63,337 nucleotides of DNA from NCBI GenBank assembly GCA_045634485.1, contig JAZRAJ010000067.1, forward strand, positions 1 through 63,337, read 5' to 3'. Source of the stretch: Eubacteriales bacterium (lineage in GTDB: Bacteria; Bacillota; Clostridia; Oscillospirales; CAG-272). The position numbers and the translations under genes were made by a program. Within the stretch, counting starts at the first letter, position 1. Every line of letters begins with the position of its first letter. Shown in pieces: positions 35,268 through 45,378 of the stretch. The notes below the pieces were generated by a model, which worked only from the letters and a program-made list of their open reading frames with translations, had not been told where the DNA came from and searched no databases.

Positions 35268-36746
35268 ATGTACTTTTTAGGTGTAGATATCGGATCGTCC
35301 TCAATTAAAACTGCGGTTTTAAGAGTATCCGAATTAGGTTTGCCCGACGCAATAATCGGAAAGGCAAATATCGACTATCCTACGTATTATCCGATAGACG
35401 ATTCCTCCGAGCAAAGCGCGGACGACTGGAACCACGCCGCTGCAGTAGCCATTAAGGGTGCGGTGGCATCAATGTCAACCGAGGAAAAAAACAAAATAGT
35501 AGGCATTTCCTTTTCATCGCAGGCGGGAAGCATTTACCCCGCGGATGAAAACAACAAGCCTCTTTACAACGCTCTTACCTGGATGGATCGCAGAGCGGTG
35601 GCTGAAAACGAGGAAAAGACGGCGGCGCTCGGCTTTGCCAACATAACCGATAAATCGGGTTGGAAGCCCACCCCTGCCGACTGTATCTCAAAGCTTTTGT
35701 GGCTTAAGAAGCACGAGCCCGAGGTATTTGCAAAGGCCAAGCATTTTTACACAACGCTTGAATCGGTAACGGGATTTCTTTGCGGAAGCTTTGTAACCGA
35801 CCCCACTAATATCGCTCTCACTCGTCTTTACGATTACAAGGCGGGCTGCTACATTCCCGAAGCGCTTGAATTCTTGGGTATTACCGAGGATATGCTACCT
35901 AAGGTTGCTCCCTGCGGAAGCCTTGCAGGTAAGCTTTTAAAGTCGGTAGCCGACAAATGTGGACTTCCCGAGGGTATTCCCGTATACGTTGGAGCGCACG
36001 ATCAGTATTGCGCATCGATTGGTAGCGGAGTTACCGAGCCCGGTCAGCTTCTTATAGCAACGGGAACTGCGTGGGTGCTTTTCGGCGTAGCAAATGCTCC
36101 TATTCAAAAGCAACCCTACCCCGCCCCCTGCAAGCATCCGATTGAAAACCGCTACGGCGTTATGACCTCCCTTGCGGGATGCGGTAAGGCAATAGGACTT
36201 CTTGCCTCTGAGTGCAATTGCACGGCGGCATCCTTTGACCTTGAAATTGAAATGAACGGCACGCAAACCTGCAGAGAGAAAAATAAAGACTATTTCGTTT
36301 GCTCACTTCCCGAGGGTATTGCCCTCCCGCACAGGAAGGGCGTTTGCAAGCCTATAGCTCTTGACGGTAAAAAGGCTCCCTACGAGGTGGCTCTTGCCGC
36401 TATGGAGAGTGCGGTGTTCGAGGCAAAATCGGTAATTGATGCATTTGAGGATGCAGGCTTTCCTCAGCGTGGCGAGCTTGTTATCTCGGGTGGTGCATCA
36501 AAGAGCCGACTTTGGACGGGTATAGTTGCGTCGGTATTCTCCGATAGACCCATCTGCCGTCTTGCAGAGCCCGATGCTCCCGCATTCGGTGCGGCTATGA
36601 TTGCGGCGGTAAGCGCAGGCGAGTTTGAATCTCTTACCAATGCGGCAAGACTCGTTCGCAGAATCCCCATCGAGCCCGATGCTAATGCCGCAGAGTTCTA
36701 CGCCGACAAGTATCGCAGATATTGCGATTGGGCGTTGGAAAAATAA
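35268..36746 (+). CDS. FGGY family carbohydrate kinase
   Basis: LGVDIGSSSIK, WMDRRA, GAHDQ, ATGT, SGGASKS. Confidence 0.93.
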   Translation: MYFLGVDIGSSSIKTAVLRVSELGLPDAIIGKANIDYPTYYPIDDSSEQSADDWNHAAAVAIKGAVASMSTEEKNKIVGISFSSQAGSIYPADENNKPLYNALTWMDRRAVAENEEKTAALGFANITDKSGWKPTPADCISKLLWLKKHEPEVFAKAKHFYTTLESVTGFLCGSFVTDPTNIALTRLYDYKAGCYIPEALEFLGITEDMLPKVAPCGSLAGKLLKSVADKCGLPEGIPVYVGAHDQYCASIGSGVTEPGQLLIATGTAWVLFGVANAPIQKQPYPAPCKHPIENRYGVMTSLAGCGKAIGLLASECNCTAASFDLEIEMNGTQTCREKNKDYFVCSLPEGIALPHRKGVCKPIALDGKKAPYEVALAAMESAVFEAKSVIDAFEDAGFPQRGELVISGGASKSRLWTGIVASVFSDRPICRLAEPDAPAFGAAMIAAVSAGEFESLTNAARLVRRIPIEPDANAAEFYADKYRRYCDWALEK

Positions 36747-36765
36747 TTTACGGAGGACAGTTATT

Positions 36766-37782
36766 ATGTTTGGTATAGACGTAACACCCTATGATAAAAA
36801 AATATGGGAGGAGGAGCTTCGCGACTTTCTTCCCGACAAGATATTTGACGCACATATGCACATTTGGGAGCCCGGCACTCGTAAGAGCGCACAAAAGGGA
36901 TGCGTAACCTGGACGTCAATCGTTGCCTCGGATATGACCTACGAAAATATGGTTGAAACCTATTCGCAGGTTTTCCCCGGAAAGCAGGTTAAGCAGATTC
37001 TTATGGCTTCTCCCTTGTGTAAGCTCGACGTAGCCAATGAATATGCGCTTAAACACGCAAAGGAGTTCGGTCACCCCGCCCTCTATTGCACGAATTGGGA
37101 CAGTGACGAATCTGAAATATTGATGGCTCTTAAAAGAGGCTTCTGCGGAATAAAGCCCTATCAAAACAACTCTCCCTCCTATATTCCTGCGGCAGAGGTA
37201 AGAATATTTGACTTCTTAACTCCCCGTCAGCTTGAGCTTATGGATAAGGTTCACGGAGTGGTTATGCTCCACATCTCGAGAAATCTCCGCTTGCGTGACC
37301 CGATAAACCTTGCTCAGCTTATGGAGATAGACGAAAAATATCCCAACGCAAAGGTTATAGTTGCTCACATTGGACGTGCATATATTCCGTCCGACGTTGG
37401 AGATGCCTTTGAGCTTCTCAAGCACACTAAAAATCTTTATTTCGATTTTTCGGCAAACACCTCCGACTACGCTATGCAAAAGCTCTTTGAGTCGATAAGC
37501 TCCGACCGTATTCTCTTCGGTACCGATATGCCATTCTCCAAGATGCGCATGTATAGAATTGAGGAAAACGGCACCTACGTAAACGTTGTTCCGAGAGGTC
37601 GCTACGGCGACGTATCAAACGACCCCCATATGAAGGAAAGCGACGAGGAGAATATAAGCACCTTCGTTTACGAGGAGCTTTTAGCCTTCAAGAGAGCCGC
37701 TACCGCCGTTGGATACACTCGTGAGGATATCGAAAAAATAATGTATAAGAATGCAGAAAAGCTCTTTGACTGTAAAATTTAA
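36766..37782 (+). CDS. Amidohydrolase-2 family metallohydrolase
   Basis: FDAHMH, VMLH, IVAHIG, ILFGTD.P; ATG at 36766 after GGAGG (ORF track start at 36625 overlaps the kinase). Confidence 0.88.
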   Translation: MFGIDVTPYDKKIWEEELRDFLPDKIFDAHMHIWEPGTRKSAQKGCVTWTSIVASDMTYENMVETYSQVFPGKQVKQILMASPLCKLDVANEYALKHAKEFGHPALYCTNWDSDESEILMALKRGFCGIKPYQNNSPSYIPAAEVRIFDFLTPRQLELMDKVHGVVMLHISRNLRLRDPINLAQLMEIDEKYPNAKVIVAHIGRAYIPSDVGDAFELLKHTKNLYFDFSANTSDYAMQKLFESISSDRILFGTDMPFSKMRMYRIEENGTYVNVVPRGRYGDVSNDPHMKESDEENISTFVYEELLAFKRAATAVGYTREDIEKIMYKNAEKLFDCKI

Positions 37783-37798
37783 ATAAGGAGAAGATAAA

Positions 37799-39196
37799 AT
37801 GAACAAGACTAAAATAGGTTTTTTACCTTTTTATATTAAGCTCTACGATGATTGCGGAAGCGGAGCAAAGGCTCGCCCCCGTCTTGAGCCCTTTGCGGAC
37901 AGACTTGTAAACGAGCTTACCGACAGAGGCTTTGACGTGCTTGCAGTTCCCTTTTGCAGAATTAAGGAGGAATTTGCGGCGGCGGTTGCAAAATTTGAGG
38001 CTGAGGGCTGCAAGGCAATAGTTACCTGGCATGCGGCTTACTCCCCCTCTCTTGAATCAATCGATGCGCTTGCATCCACCGAGCTTCCGATAGTTGTTCT
38101 TGACACCACCGAAACCTATTCCATGGGCCCCACCCTCGAGCAATTTGAGATAAGCCTTTGCCACGGTATTCACGGTGTTATGGATATGTGCAGTATGCTC
38201 AACCGCAGAGGTAAAGCGTTTGCTATTGCGGCAGGACACATCGAGCATTCCGACGTAATGGATAAAACCGCAGGCTATATCCGCGCGGCGGTTGCGGCAA
38301 AGGCTATGAACGGCTCTAATACCGGTAGCATTGGCGGCAGCTTTGACGGAATGGGTGACTTTTTGGTTGAGGATGCCGAAATGCTCGAGCGCTTTGGCGT
38401 TAAGGTTATTTACCCCGAGCAGGGCGAGCTTGCAAAATACAGAGCCGAGGTAAGCGAGGATGACGTTAAGGCAGAAATGCAGAAGGACCTTGACACTCTT
38501 TACGAGATAGAGCCCGTTGACGCAGAGTCACACGCTCGCACCGCTCGCAACTGTCTTGCGGTTAGACGCTGGATAGAGGAAAGAAAACTTTCGGCTATGA
38601 CGGTTAACTTTAGAGAGATTACCGACGCAACGGGTCTTGAAATCATGCCCTTTATGGAGGCGTGCAAGGCTATGGCTCGCGGTACGGGATATGCAGGCGA
38701 GGGCGACGTTCTCACGGCTTCGCTCGTTGGCGCTCTTATGAAGGGCTACGATGAGGTAGCGTTTATCGAGATATTCTGCCCCGACTGGAAGGGCAACACT
38801 CTTCTCCTCTCCCACATGGGCGAGTACAACCCCAATCTTACCTCGGGTAAGTGCGGAATGAAGGAAATCCCCTTTATTTACGGTGATGCTAAGAGCCCCG
38901 TGGTTTCCTACGGTAGATACAAGGGTGGCGATGCGGTGTTTATAAACCTCTACCGCACCAAGGACGACTTCCGCATGATAATCTCTGCCGTTGATATGGT
39001 TGAGGTAAGACCCGACGACGATACTCTTGAGGTACGTGTTCGCGGTTGGATGAAGCCCAAGATGCCTATTGCCGACTTCCTTGAGGCTATTAGCCGTGTT
39101 GGCGCAACACACCATAGCGCACTCGTTTACGGTGCAACCGTTTCTGAATTGGTTTACTTTGCAGACCTTCTCGGAATAGGATACGATATCGTTTAA
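37799..39196 (+). CDS. L-fucose/L-arabinose isomerase-like protein
   Basis: GYAGEGD, LLSHMGE, GATHHSAL motifs of the AraA/FucI fold. Confidence 0.8.
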   Translation: MNKTKIGFLPFYIKLYDDCGSGAKARPRLEPFADRLVNELTDRGFDVLAVPFCRIKEEFAAAVAKFEAEGCKAIVTWHAAYSPSLESIDALASTELPIVVLDTTETYSMGPTLEQFEISLCHGIHGVMDMCSMLNRRGKAFAIAAGHIEHSDVMDKTAGYIRAAVAAKAMNGSNTGSIGGSFDGMGDFLVEDAEMLERFGVKVIYPEQGELAKYRAEVSEDDVKAEMQKDLDTLYEIEPVDAESHARTARNCLAVRRWIEERKLSAMTVNFREITDATGLEIMPFMEACKAMARGTGYAGEGDVLTASLVGALMKGYDEVAFIEIFCPDWKGNTLLLSHMGEYNPNLTSGKCGMKEIPFIYGDAKSPVVSYGRYKGGDAVFINLYRTKDDFRMIISAVDMVEVRPDDDTLEVRVRGWMKPKMPIADFLEAISRVGATHHSALVYGATVSELVYFADLLGIGYDIV

Positions 39197-39255
39197 TATC
39201 GTTATATTTTAATTTGTTTTAAAAAATATTTTTTACATAAAAGGAGTACAAAACA

Positions 39256-40089
39256 ATGCTTGTAAATCTTGATTACGTTCTTAAAAGAGCCCAGGAGGGC
39301 GGATATGCGGTTGGTCTTTTCAACACCACCGACACAGATATGCTTGAGGGTGTTCTCGCAGCTGCAGAGGAGCTTCGCGCTCCCGTTATTATCGGTACTG
39401 CAGAGGTTCTTCTTCCCTACGGCGAGCTTAAGCTCATCGCTCCCTCTGTAAGAGCAGCCGCTGAGCGTGCAACCGTTCCGGTAGTTCTTCACTATGACCA
39501 CGGTCTTACCGTTGAGAGATGCATCGAGGCTCTTGACCTCGGCTTCACATCCATTATGTTTGACGGTAGCGCAGGCGACCCCGAAAACAATATCGAGCTT
39601 ACCCGTAAGGTAGTTGAAATGTGCCACGCAAAGGGCGTTACCGTTGAGGGCGAAATCGGCCACGTTGGAAACGCAGACGTTGAGGGCGACCAGGAAAACA
39701 ACTACACCACCCCCGAGGAGGCAAAGGCATTCATCGAGGCTACCGGTGTTGACGCACTTGCAGTTGCAATCGGTACCGCACACGGCGCATACAAGAAGAA
39801 GCCCTGCCTTGACCTTGAAAGACTTGCGGCTATCAGAGCCGAGGTTGACACTCCCCTCGTTCTTCACGGCGGAAGCGGTCTTACCGACGATGATTTCCGT
39901 AACACCATAAAGAACGGTATTGCTAAGGTTAACATCTTTACCGACCTCTGCCTCGCAGGCGCGCGCGCTTGTAAGAAGGGTCTTGAGGACAAGGTTGGAT
40001 ACCTTGAAATGAGAAACCTTAAGGTTGCAGAAATCAAGGCTGAAACCATGAAGAAGATGAAGGTATTCGGCTGCGACGGCAAGGCTTAA
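39256..40089 (+). CDS. Class II fructose/tagatose-bisphosphate aldolase family protein
   Basis: VVLHYDHG, SIMFDGS, VEGEIGHVG, AVAIGTAHG, LVLHGGSG, KVNI.T. Confidence 0.95.
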   Translation: MLVNLDYVLKRAQEGGYAVGLFNTTDTDMLEGVLAAAEELRAPVIIGTAEVLLPYGELKLIAPSVRAAAERATVPVVLHYDHGLTVERCIEALDLGFTSIMFDGSAGDPENNIELTRKVVEMCHAKGVTVEGEIGHVGNADVEGDQENNYTTPEEAKAFIEATGVDALAVAIGTAHGAYKKKPCLDLERLAAIRAEVDTPLVLHGGSGLTDDDFRNTIKNGIAKVNIFTDLCLAGARACKKGLEDKVGYLEMRNLKVAEIKAETMKKMKVFGCDGKA

Positions 40090-40128
40090 TTGCCATATCT
40101 GCTTATATAATTAATAAGGAGAATAATT

Positions 40129-41940
40129 ATGAAGGCTGCACTAACAAGAGCTATAGCTATACTTTTGTTGCTCTGCGCGTTCCCTCTTGCTCTTTTCTCC
40201 TGTGTAAGTACTGACTCAAATGACGATGGCGTAAACAACGATACGATTACGGACGATTCCTACACCGACGCTACGGATGATACCGAAGCCGCAACCGAAA
40301 CCGATGCGGCAGGTACGATTACGTTATTTAAAAACGGAAAATACGTAGCGCGTGTGGTTCGCTCCGAGTATGCCTCTGAAAACGACAGGCTTGCGTACAA
40401 CGAGTTAAAGTCTGACCTCAAGTCAAAAACCGGTAAGGCGGTAATGACCTCAACCGATTTTGTGGCAGCAGGAACAACGCTTGACGATTCCTCGGCTATA
40501 CTCGTTGGCGAAACCGAATATGCGGAATCAAAGGCGGTTTACGAATCATTAAAAAGAGATACGGCAGTTGCGCAAATAGTAAACAACAAATACGTAATCG
40601 CCTTTTCACACATAGAAGCTCTTGTGAAGCTTTTTGAAAGGCTAAAGGAAAAAATCGCGAATGCAAATGCGGAGGAAATCGTGATAGATTCAAGCTGGAA
40701 CATAACAATAGAGCCCACCGTTGCAAGCAGCATAAAGCTTCCAAGCTTTGCGGGCAAGGCTCTTGGCTCTGCCATTGACCTTGGTCAGGGCTCGTCGCTT
40801 TACATAGTAAATAACGCCTCAATGCAAGGATTTAATGATTATAACGAGGAGCTTGTAAGCCTCGGCTTTGAGCTTTACACACAAAATTCTATCGCAGGTA
40901 ACGAGTATAGAACCTATACCTCCAAAAAGCAGATAGTAAACGTTATCTATCTTAAATACTACAACGAGGTTAGAATTATTGAGGACAACCGTGACACAAT
41001 CGAGCTTCCCGCACTTAAGGTGGACAACGTTTACGAGAAGACCTCTACTCCCTCCTTTACCATGATGGGAATTTCCGATGCGGGCTACCCCGGTGGAATG
41101 AGCTTTATTTTTAAGCTTTCGGACGGTACCTTCTTTATCATTGACGGCGGTATGTGCGCAAACCGTACAGGCTCAAATCAATGTAAGAACGAGCCCTCTA
41201 TTCACAGACTCTTTAAGACTCTTCAGGACCTTGCAGACGACCCCAACAACATAGTTATTTCGGGTTGGCTCATAACACACATCCACAACGACCACGCAGG
41301 TGCGTTTATTGACCTTGGCGAAAATCCCGGATATGCAAGCAGAGTAACCATAAAGCAGGTTATCTACAGTCAGCCCGCAGATTCGGATATGACCGACGGC
41401 AATCAGCCCTACCGTCTTGATTGGATGCCCAACGCTCTTGAAAAGCTTAAGATTACAAAAACGGTAAAGGCACACCCCGGTCAGGTATTCTACTTTGCGG
41501 ATCTTACGCTTACCATACTTGGTACTCACGACCTTGTCAAGCCCGATAAGATAACAAGCCACAACAATGCATCTATCGTTTCTATGGTAGAGTTCGGCGG
41601 AAAGAAGATGCTCTTCCTTGCCGATGCAGAGGGTGCTTCAAACAATAAGCTTGATAAGATTTACGGCGATGAGCTTAACGCCGACATTCTTCAGGTTGCT
41701 CACCACGGCTACAACAACACCGAGGCAGGTGTGGTTTACAACTACGTAACCCCCTCGATAGTTCTTTGGCCTATTCAAACAAGCGACTGGAAGTCGGGCG
41801 CAAACGTATACAACGTTTCCTTTAACAAATCTCATTTTGATAAGGCAGGCATTGCGCACTACGTTGGCGGAGATGCAAACACTACCTTTGAGGACCTTAC
41901 TACATGGATTCCTACAAGGCAGAATTGGAAGCCGCTATAA
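40129..41940 (+). CDS. Lipoprotein MBL-fold hydrolase (paralog 2)
   Basis: Lipobox LFSC; IIDGG, THIHNDH, NNAS, LFLAD, DILQVAHHG; 39 bp after the aldolase. Confidence 0.88.
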   Translation: MKAALTRAIAILLLLCAFPLALFSCVSTDSNDDGVNNDTITDDSYTDATDDTEAATETDAAGTITLFKNGKYVARVVRSEYASENDRLAYNELKSDLKSKTGKAVMTSTDFVAAGTTLDDSSAILVGETEYAESKAVYESLKRDTAVAQIVNNKYVIAFSHIEALVKLFERLKEKIANANAEEIVIDSSWNITIEPTVASSIKLPSFAGKALGSAIDLGQGSSLYIVNNASMQGFNDYNEELVSLGFELYTQNSIAGNEYRTYTSKKQIVNVIYLKYYNEVRIIEDNRDTIELPALKVDNVYEKTSTPSFTMMGISDAGYPGGMSFIFKLSDGTFFIIDGGMCANRTGSNQCKNEPSIHRLFKTLQDLADDPNNIVISGWLITHIHNDHAGAFIDLGENPGYASRVTIKQVIYSQPADSDMTDGNQPYRLDWMPNALEKLKITKTVKAHPGQVFYFADLTLTILGTHDLVKPDKITSHNNASIVSMVEFGGKKMLFLADAEGASNNKLDKIYGDELNADILQVAHHGYNNTEAGVVYNYVTPSIVLWPIQTSDWKSGANVYNVSFNKSHFDKAGIAHYVGGDANTTFEDLTTWIPTRQNWKPL

Positions 41941-41955
41941 CTAAAAAATAAAATT

Positions 41956-41999
41956 ACCGCTTTTCTATCGATAATTTGATAGGAAAGCGGTGCTTTTTT
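41956..41999 (+). terminator. Intrinsic terminator
   Basis: accgcttttctatc ... gataggaaagcggt plus T tract. Confidence 0.75.
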
Positions 42000-42000
42000 A

Positions 42001-42029
42001 TTGACAATATCGCAATTATGTGTTATAAT
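42001..42029 (+). promoter_or_regulatory. Consensus sigma-A promoter
   Basis: TTGACA-N17-TATAAT with TG extension. Confidence 0.8.
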
Positions 42030-42086
42030 AAACTGTAAAGTTATATGAATACACGTAAAGGCTTATAATATAAGGTTTATAATATA

Positions 42087-42986
42087 ATGAAAAATAAAGA
42101 AAAATCGCTTGTTATTATGGCGGCGGGGCTTGGCTCTCGCTACGGCGGAAATAAGCAGGTTGATAGGATAGGGCCCGACGGCGAAATCCTTATGCAATAC
42201 TCTATTTTCGACGCTATAAAGGCAGGCTTTACAAAGATAGTTTTTATAATAAAGCCCGAGTACACCGAGCTTATCAATGAAATATCGGCAGATGCAAGGC
42301 TAAACGGAATAAAAATAGATATCGCTTATCAGGATTTTTCATCAATCCCCGACTTCTACAAAATTCCCGACGGCAGAACCAAGCCCTTTGGCACTGTTCA
42401 CGCAGTCCTTTCGGCAAAGGATGCTATAAACGAGCCATTTGCAATCATCAACGCCGACGATTTTTACGGCAGAAACGCATTTATCGCTATGAGCAAGGCG
42501 CTCGACGATGCCTCGTCGGGCAAGGGCGCTATGGTTGCCTACGAGCTTAAGAACACGGTAAGCAAAAACGGCTCGGTAACGAGAGGCGTTTGCAAAACCG
42601 AAAATCAAATCCTTACCGATATAGTTGAGGTTTTTGATATCACACTTTCAAGCGACGGCACTATAAGCGATAAAACGATTGGAGTCCTTGACCCGCTTAC
42701 ACCCGTTTCAATGAATATGTGGGGATTTACGCCCGATATTCTTGACGCTATGGAGGCATCATTTTGCGAATTTCTAAGTCAAATACAGGATGGCGACCTT
42801 AAATCCGAGTATCCTCTGCCCTCGTTTATCGGCAAGGAGATAAATCAAGGCAGACTAACAATTAAGGTCTACACCACGGACGCCGAATGGTTTGGCGTAA
42901 CCTACGCCGAGGATAGACCCGCAGTTGCGGAGCGTCTGAACAATATGAAGAAAAATAACGCCTATCCGGCGAAACTAAAGCTTTGA
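42087..42986 (+). CDS. Sugar-phosphate nucleotidyltransferase (NTP_transferase family)
   Basis: MAAGLGSRYGGNKQ, KPFGTVHAV, INADDFYG, SMNMWGF, WFGVTY. Confidence 0.9.
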   Translation: MKNKEKSLVIMAAGLGSRYGGNKQVDRIGPDGEILMQYSIFDAIKAGFTKIVFIIKPEYTELINEISADARLNGIKIDIAYQDFSSIPDFYKIPDGRTKPFGTVHAVLSAKDAINEPFAIINADDFYGRNAFIAMSKALDDASSGKGAMVAYELKNTVSKNGSVTRGVCKTENQILTDIVEVFDITLSSDGTISDKTIGVLDPLTPVSMNMWGFTPDILDAMEASFCEFLSQIQDGDLKSEYPLPSFIGKEINQGRLTIKVYTTDAEWFGVTYAEDRPAVAERLNNMKKNNAYPAKLKL

Positions 42987-43006
42987 AGGGAGAGTAAATA
43001 ATAATT

Positions 43007-44809
43007 ATGAAGCTTAAATTTATAGCATCAATTCTTGTTGTGGCAACCTTTTGCCTTTCACTTTTCTCTTGCTCGCCAAACTTTAATTTGGGCTTTGAGC
43101 TTGACAGTGACGAATCATTTTTTGACCCAAACGTTGACACCGACAACGGCCTCATTCTTCCCACGGATAAGGCTACCGATAACGTTAACGCAACAAGCAA
43201 AGCAACCGAAAAGATTCCCTCAGGCGCATTCCTTTTGTTCCAGAGCGGAAGCTACAAGGTTAAGGCAATTATGCCCGATAGACCTACGGATATTGAGAAC
43301 ACCGTTTACGCAAAGCTTCGCTCCAAGATGAAGAGCAAAATCGGAACGACTCTCCAGACGAACACCGACTATCTCGTAACCGGTCAGAGCCATTCCTCCA
43401 CTGCTCCCGAAATTCTCGTTGGACTTACCAACTACGAGGAATCTAAGGAGGTATACGGAGATATTACCTACGGAACCTACGGTATAAAGATTATCGGAAA
43501 GAAGATAGTTTTCTACTTCTCCACCCTTGACGAGGGACTTGAGCTTGTTGACTCCTTCATCTCGTCTATAAAGTCAAACGCCGACAACGCTTACTGGGTA
43601 AGCAACACCCTCTCGGTATCCAACAGCTTGGAGTTTAAGACCGAGAGCATTCCGAAGTATCCTACGTCGACAACCTCCTACAATTGCTACGACGATACTA
43701 CGATGCTTCTTGCAAAGAGCTCTAACCTTACCGATTTCAACACCTATTGCAGTAATCTTACAAGCAACGGCTTTACAGAGTATTCAAAGCGTGATAACGT
43801 AAACGGAAACTACTTCCGCACCTACACCAAGGGTACTATGGCTCTCACGGTTTACTTTAACAAGAGCGATAGTAGCGTACGTATAATTTCCGGTCCTCTT
43901 ACGGATATTCCGCCTAAGAATACAACGGCGGCTAAGGAGGTAGATGATGTAACTCCCTCAGTTTCCTTGATTTATCAGGGCGTAAAGAACGACGGAACAA
44001 CCAAGCAGGGCTCGGGCCTTGGTATGGTATTCCTCCTTCCCAACGGCAAATTCATTATCTACGACGGTGGTTATTACGCAAATAACGAGCTTTACAACAC
44101 ACTCGTTAAGCTTGCAGGCGACAACGATATTATTATTGCCGCTTGGATAATCTCTCACCCTCACCCCGACCACGAGCAGGCCTTTGACGTATTCCTTAAG
44201 AACCACGCAAAGGACATAAGAATAGAAACCGTAATGTATAACTTTACAAGCGCATCGGATGATTACGGAACGTCGGAAACCATCAAGCCCTATATTGAGC
44301 AATATCTTGACGGCAAGACCGTTGTTGTTAAGCCACACACGGGACAGATTTACAATTTCGGTAATTCCACGGTAGAAATTCTCCACACCGTTGAGGACTT
44401 TATGCCTAAGGCGGTAACCGACTTGAACTGGTCGACTATGGTAGTAAGAGTAACGGTTGAGGGCAAGTCTACCTTGTTGCTCGGCGACGCTTACGATGAT
44501 GTAGCCCCCTTCTTAACAAAGACCTACGGCTCATATCTTAAATCGGATATGGTTCAGCTTGCGCACCACGGAACATCTCCCGGAACCGAGGCGCTTTACA
44601 GTAACATCAACGCGCAAATTCTCTTCTGGCCCTCCGATGAGGTTAACGCAAGGAAGCGCTACGGCTCAAGCGGACACGAATCCTTAACCAAGGCAATCAG
44701 TGTCGCAAAGGACGTTTACCTTGCAAGTGAGGGTACCGTAACGCTTACCATTCCCTGCACCATCCAAAATAATAAGGATGCTTTCTTAAAGAGAGTGGGA
44801 CTTAAGTAA
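43007..44809 (+). CDS. Lipoprotein MBL-fold hydrolase (paralog 3)
   Basis: Lipobox LFSC; IYDGG, SHPHPDH, LLLGD, DMVQLAHHG. Confidence 0.88.
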   Translation: MKLKFIASILVVATFCLSLFSCSPNFNLGFELDSDESFFDPNVDTDNGLILPTDKATDNVNATSKATEKIPSGAFLLFQSGSYKVKAIMPDRPTDIENTVYAKLRSKMKSKIGTTLQTNTDYLVTGQSHSSTAPEILVGLTNYEESKEVYGDITYGTYGIKIIGKKIVFYFSTLDEGLELVDSFISSIKSNADNAYWVSNTLSVSNSLEFKTESIPKYPTSTTSYNCYDDTTMLLAKSSNLTDFNTYCSNLTSNGFTEYSKRDNVNGNYFRTYTKGTMALTVYFNKSDSSVRIISGPLTDIPPKNTTAAKEVDDVTPSVSLIYQGVKNDGTTKQGSGLGMVFLLPNGKFIIYDGGYYANNELYNTLVKLAGDNDIIIAAWIISHPHPDHEQAFDVFLKNHAKDIRIETVMYNFTSASDDYGTSETIKPYIEQYLDGKTVVVKPHTGQIYNFGNSTVEILHTVEDFMPKAVTDLNWSTMVVRVTVEGKSTLLLGDAYDDVAPFLTKTYGSYLKSDMVQLAHHGTSPGTEALYSNINAQILFWPSDEVNARKRYGSSGHESLTKAISVAKDVYLASEGTVTLTIPCTIQNNKDAFLKRVGLK

Positions 44810-44820
44810 AATAAAAAACA

Positions 44821-44854
44821 AAAGGACTCTTGAAAAATCAGGAGTCCTTTTTTT
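44821..44854 (+). terminator. Intrinsic terminator
   Basis: aaaggactc-ttga..tca-ggagtccttt plus T tract. Confidence 0.78.
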
Positions 44855-45057
44855 ATTTTTGCAGTTTATATAATATATATTGTAAGAATTGTAATTTTAA
44901 CCAAATAAATAAGTACCTTTTTGTTAATTGATACAAGCAAAATCTATTGACTAATTTGCATTTTTTTGGTATAATATAATGAGGAAAATAGTATGAATTT
45001 ATCTATTTTTTCGGTAAATAACAAAAGACTCTGCCAAACGGTCAGAATCTTTAAATG

Positions 45058-45076
45058 TGGCACCCGCAACGGGAAT
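45058..45076 (-). repeat. 19-bp direct repeat of the tRNA-Arg 3' end (att-like / tRNA-linked repeat)
   Basis: tggcacccgcaacgggaat identical to 45221-45239. Confidence 0.85.
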
Positions 45077-45220
45077 TTGTTCCGCCTTTAATTGCTTTCA
45101 TCACGAAAGCGGCGGACCAATGTGGCGAACCCTATTCCGCTTCGCTTCGCTCGCGGAGTGGCTTCTCCTTGCACGGGTTATATCAAAAAATCCCCACCCT
45201 TCGGGCAGGAATTTTTGATA

Positions 45221-45295
45221 TGGCACCCGCAACGGGAATCGAACCCATAACTAACCCTTAGGAGGGGCTTATTATATCCATTTAACTATGCAGGC
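45221..45295 (-). tRNA. tRNA-Arg (CCT)
   Basis: Reverse complement GCCTGCATAGTTAAATGGATATAATAAGCCCCTCCTAAGGGTTAGTTATGGGTTCGATTCCCGTTGCGGGTGCCA: anticodon loop CT-CCT-AA, GGTTCGATT T-loop, encoded CCA; upstream TTGAAA-N17-TATAAT. Confidence 0.93.
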
Positions 45296-45378
45296 GTAAC
45301 CACAAACAGTATTATAACACAGAAATTAATTTTTTTCAATATAAAATTTTAAAAAATATTTTGCAAAAGGAGGTATTT

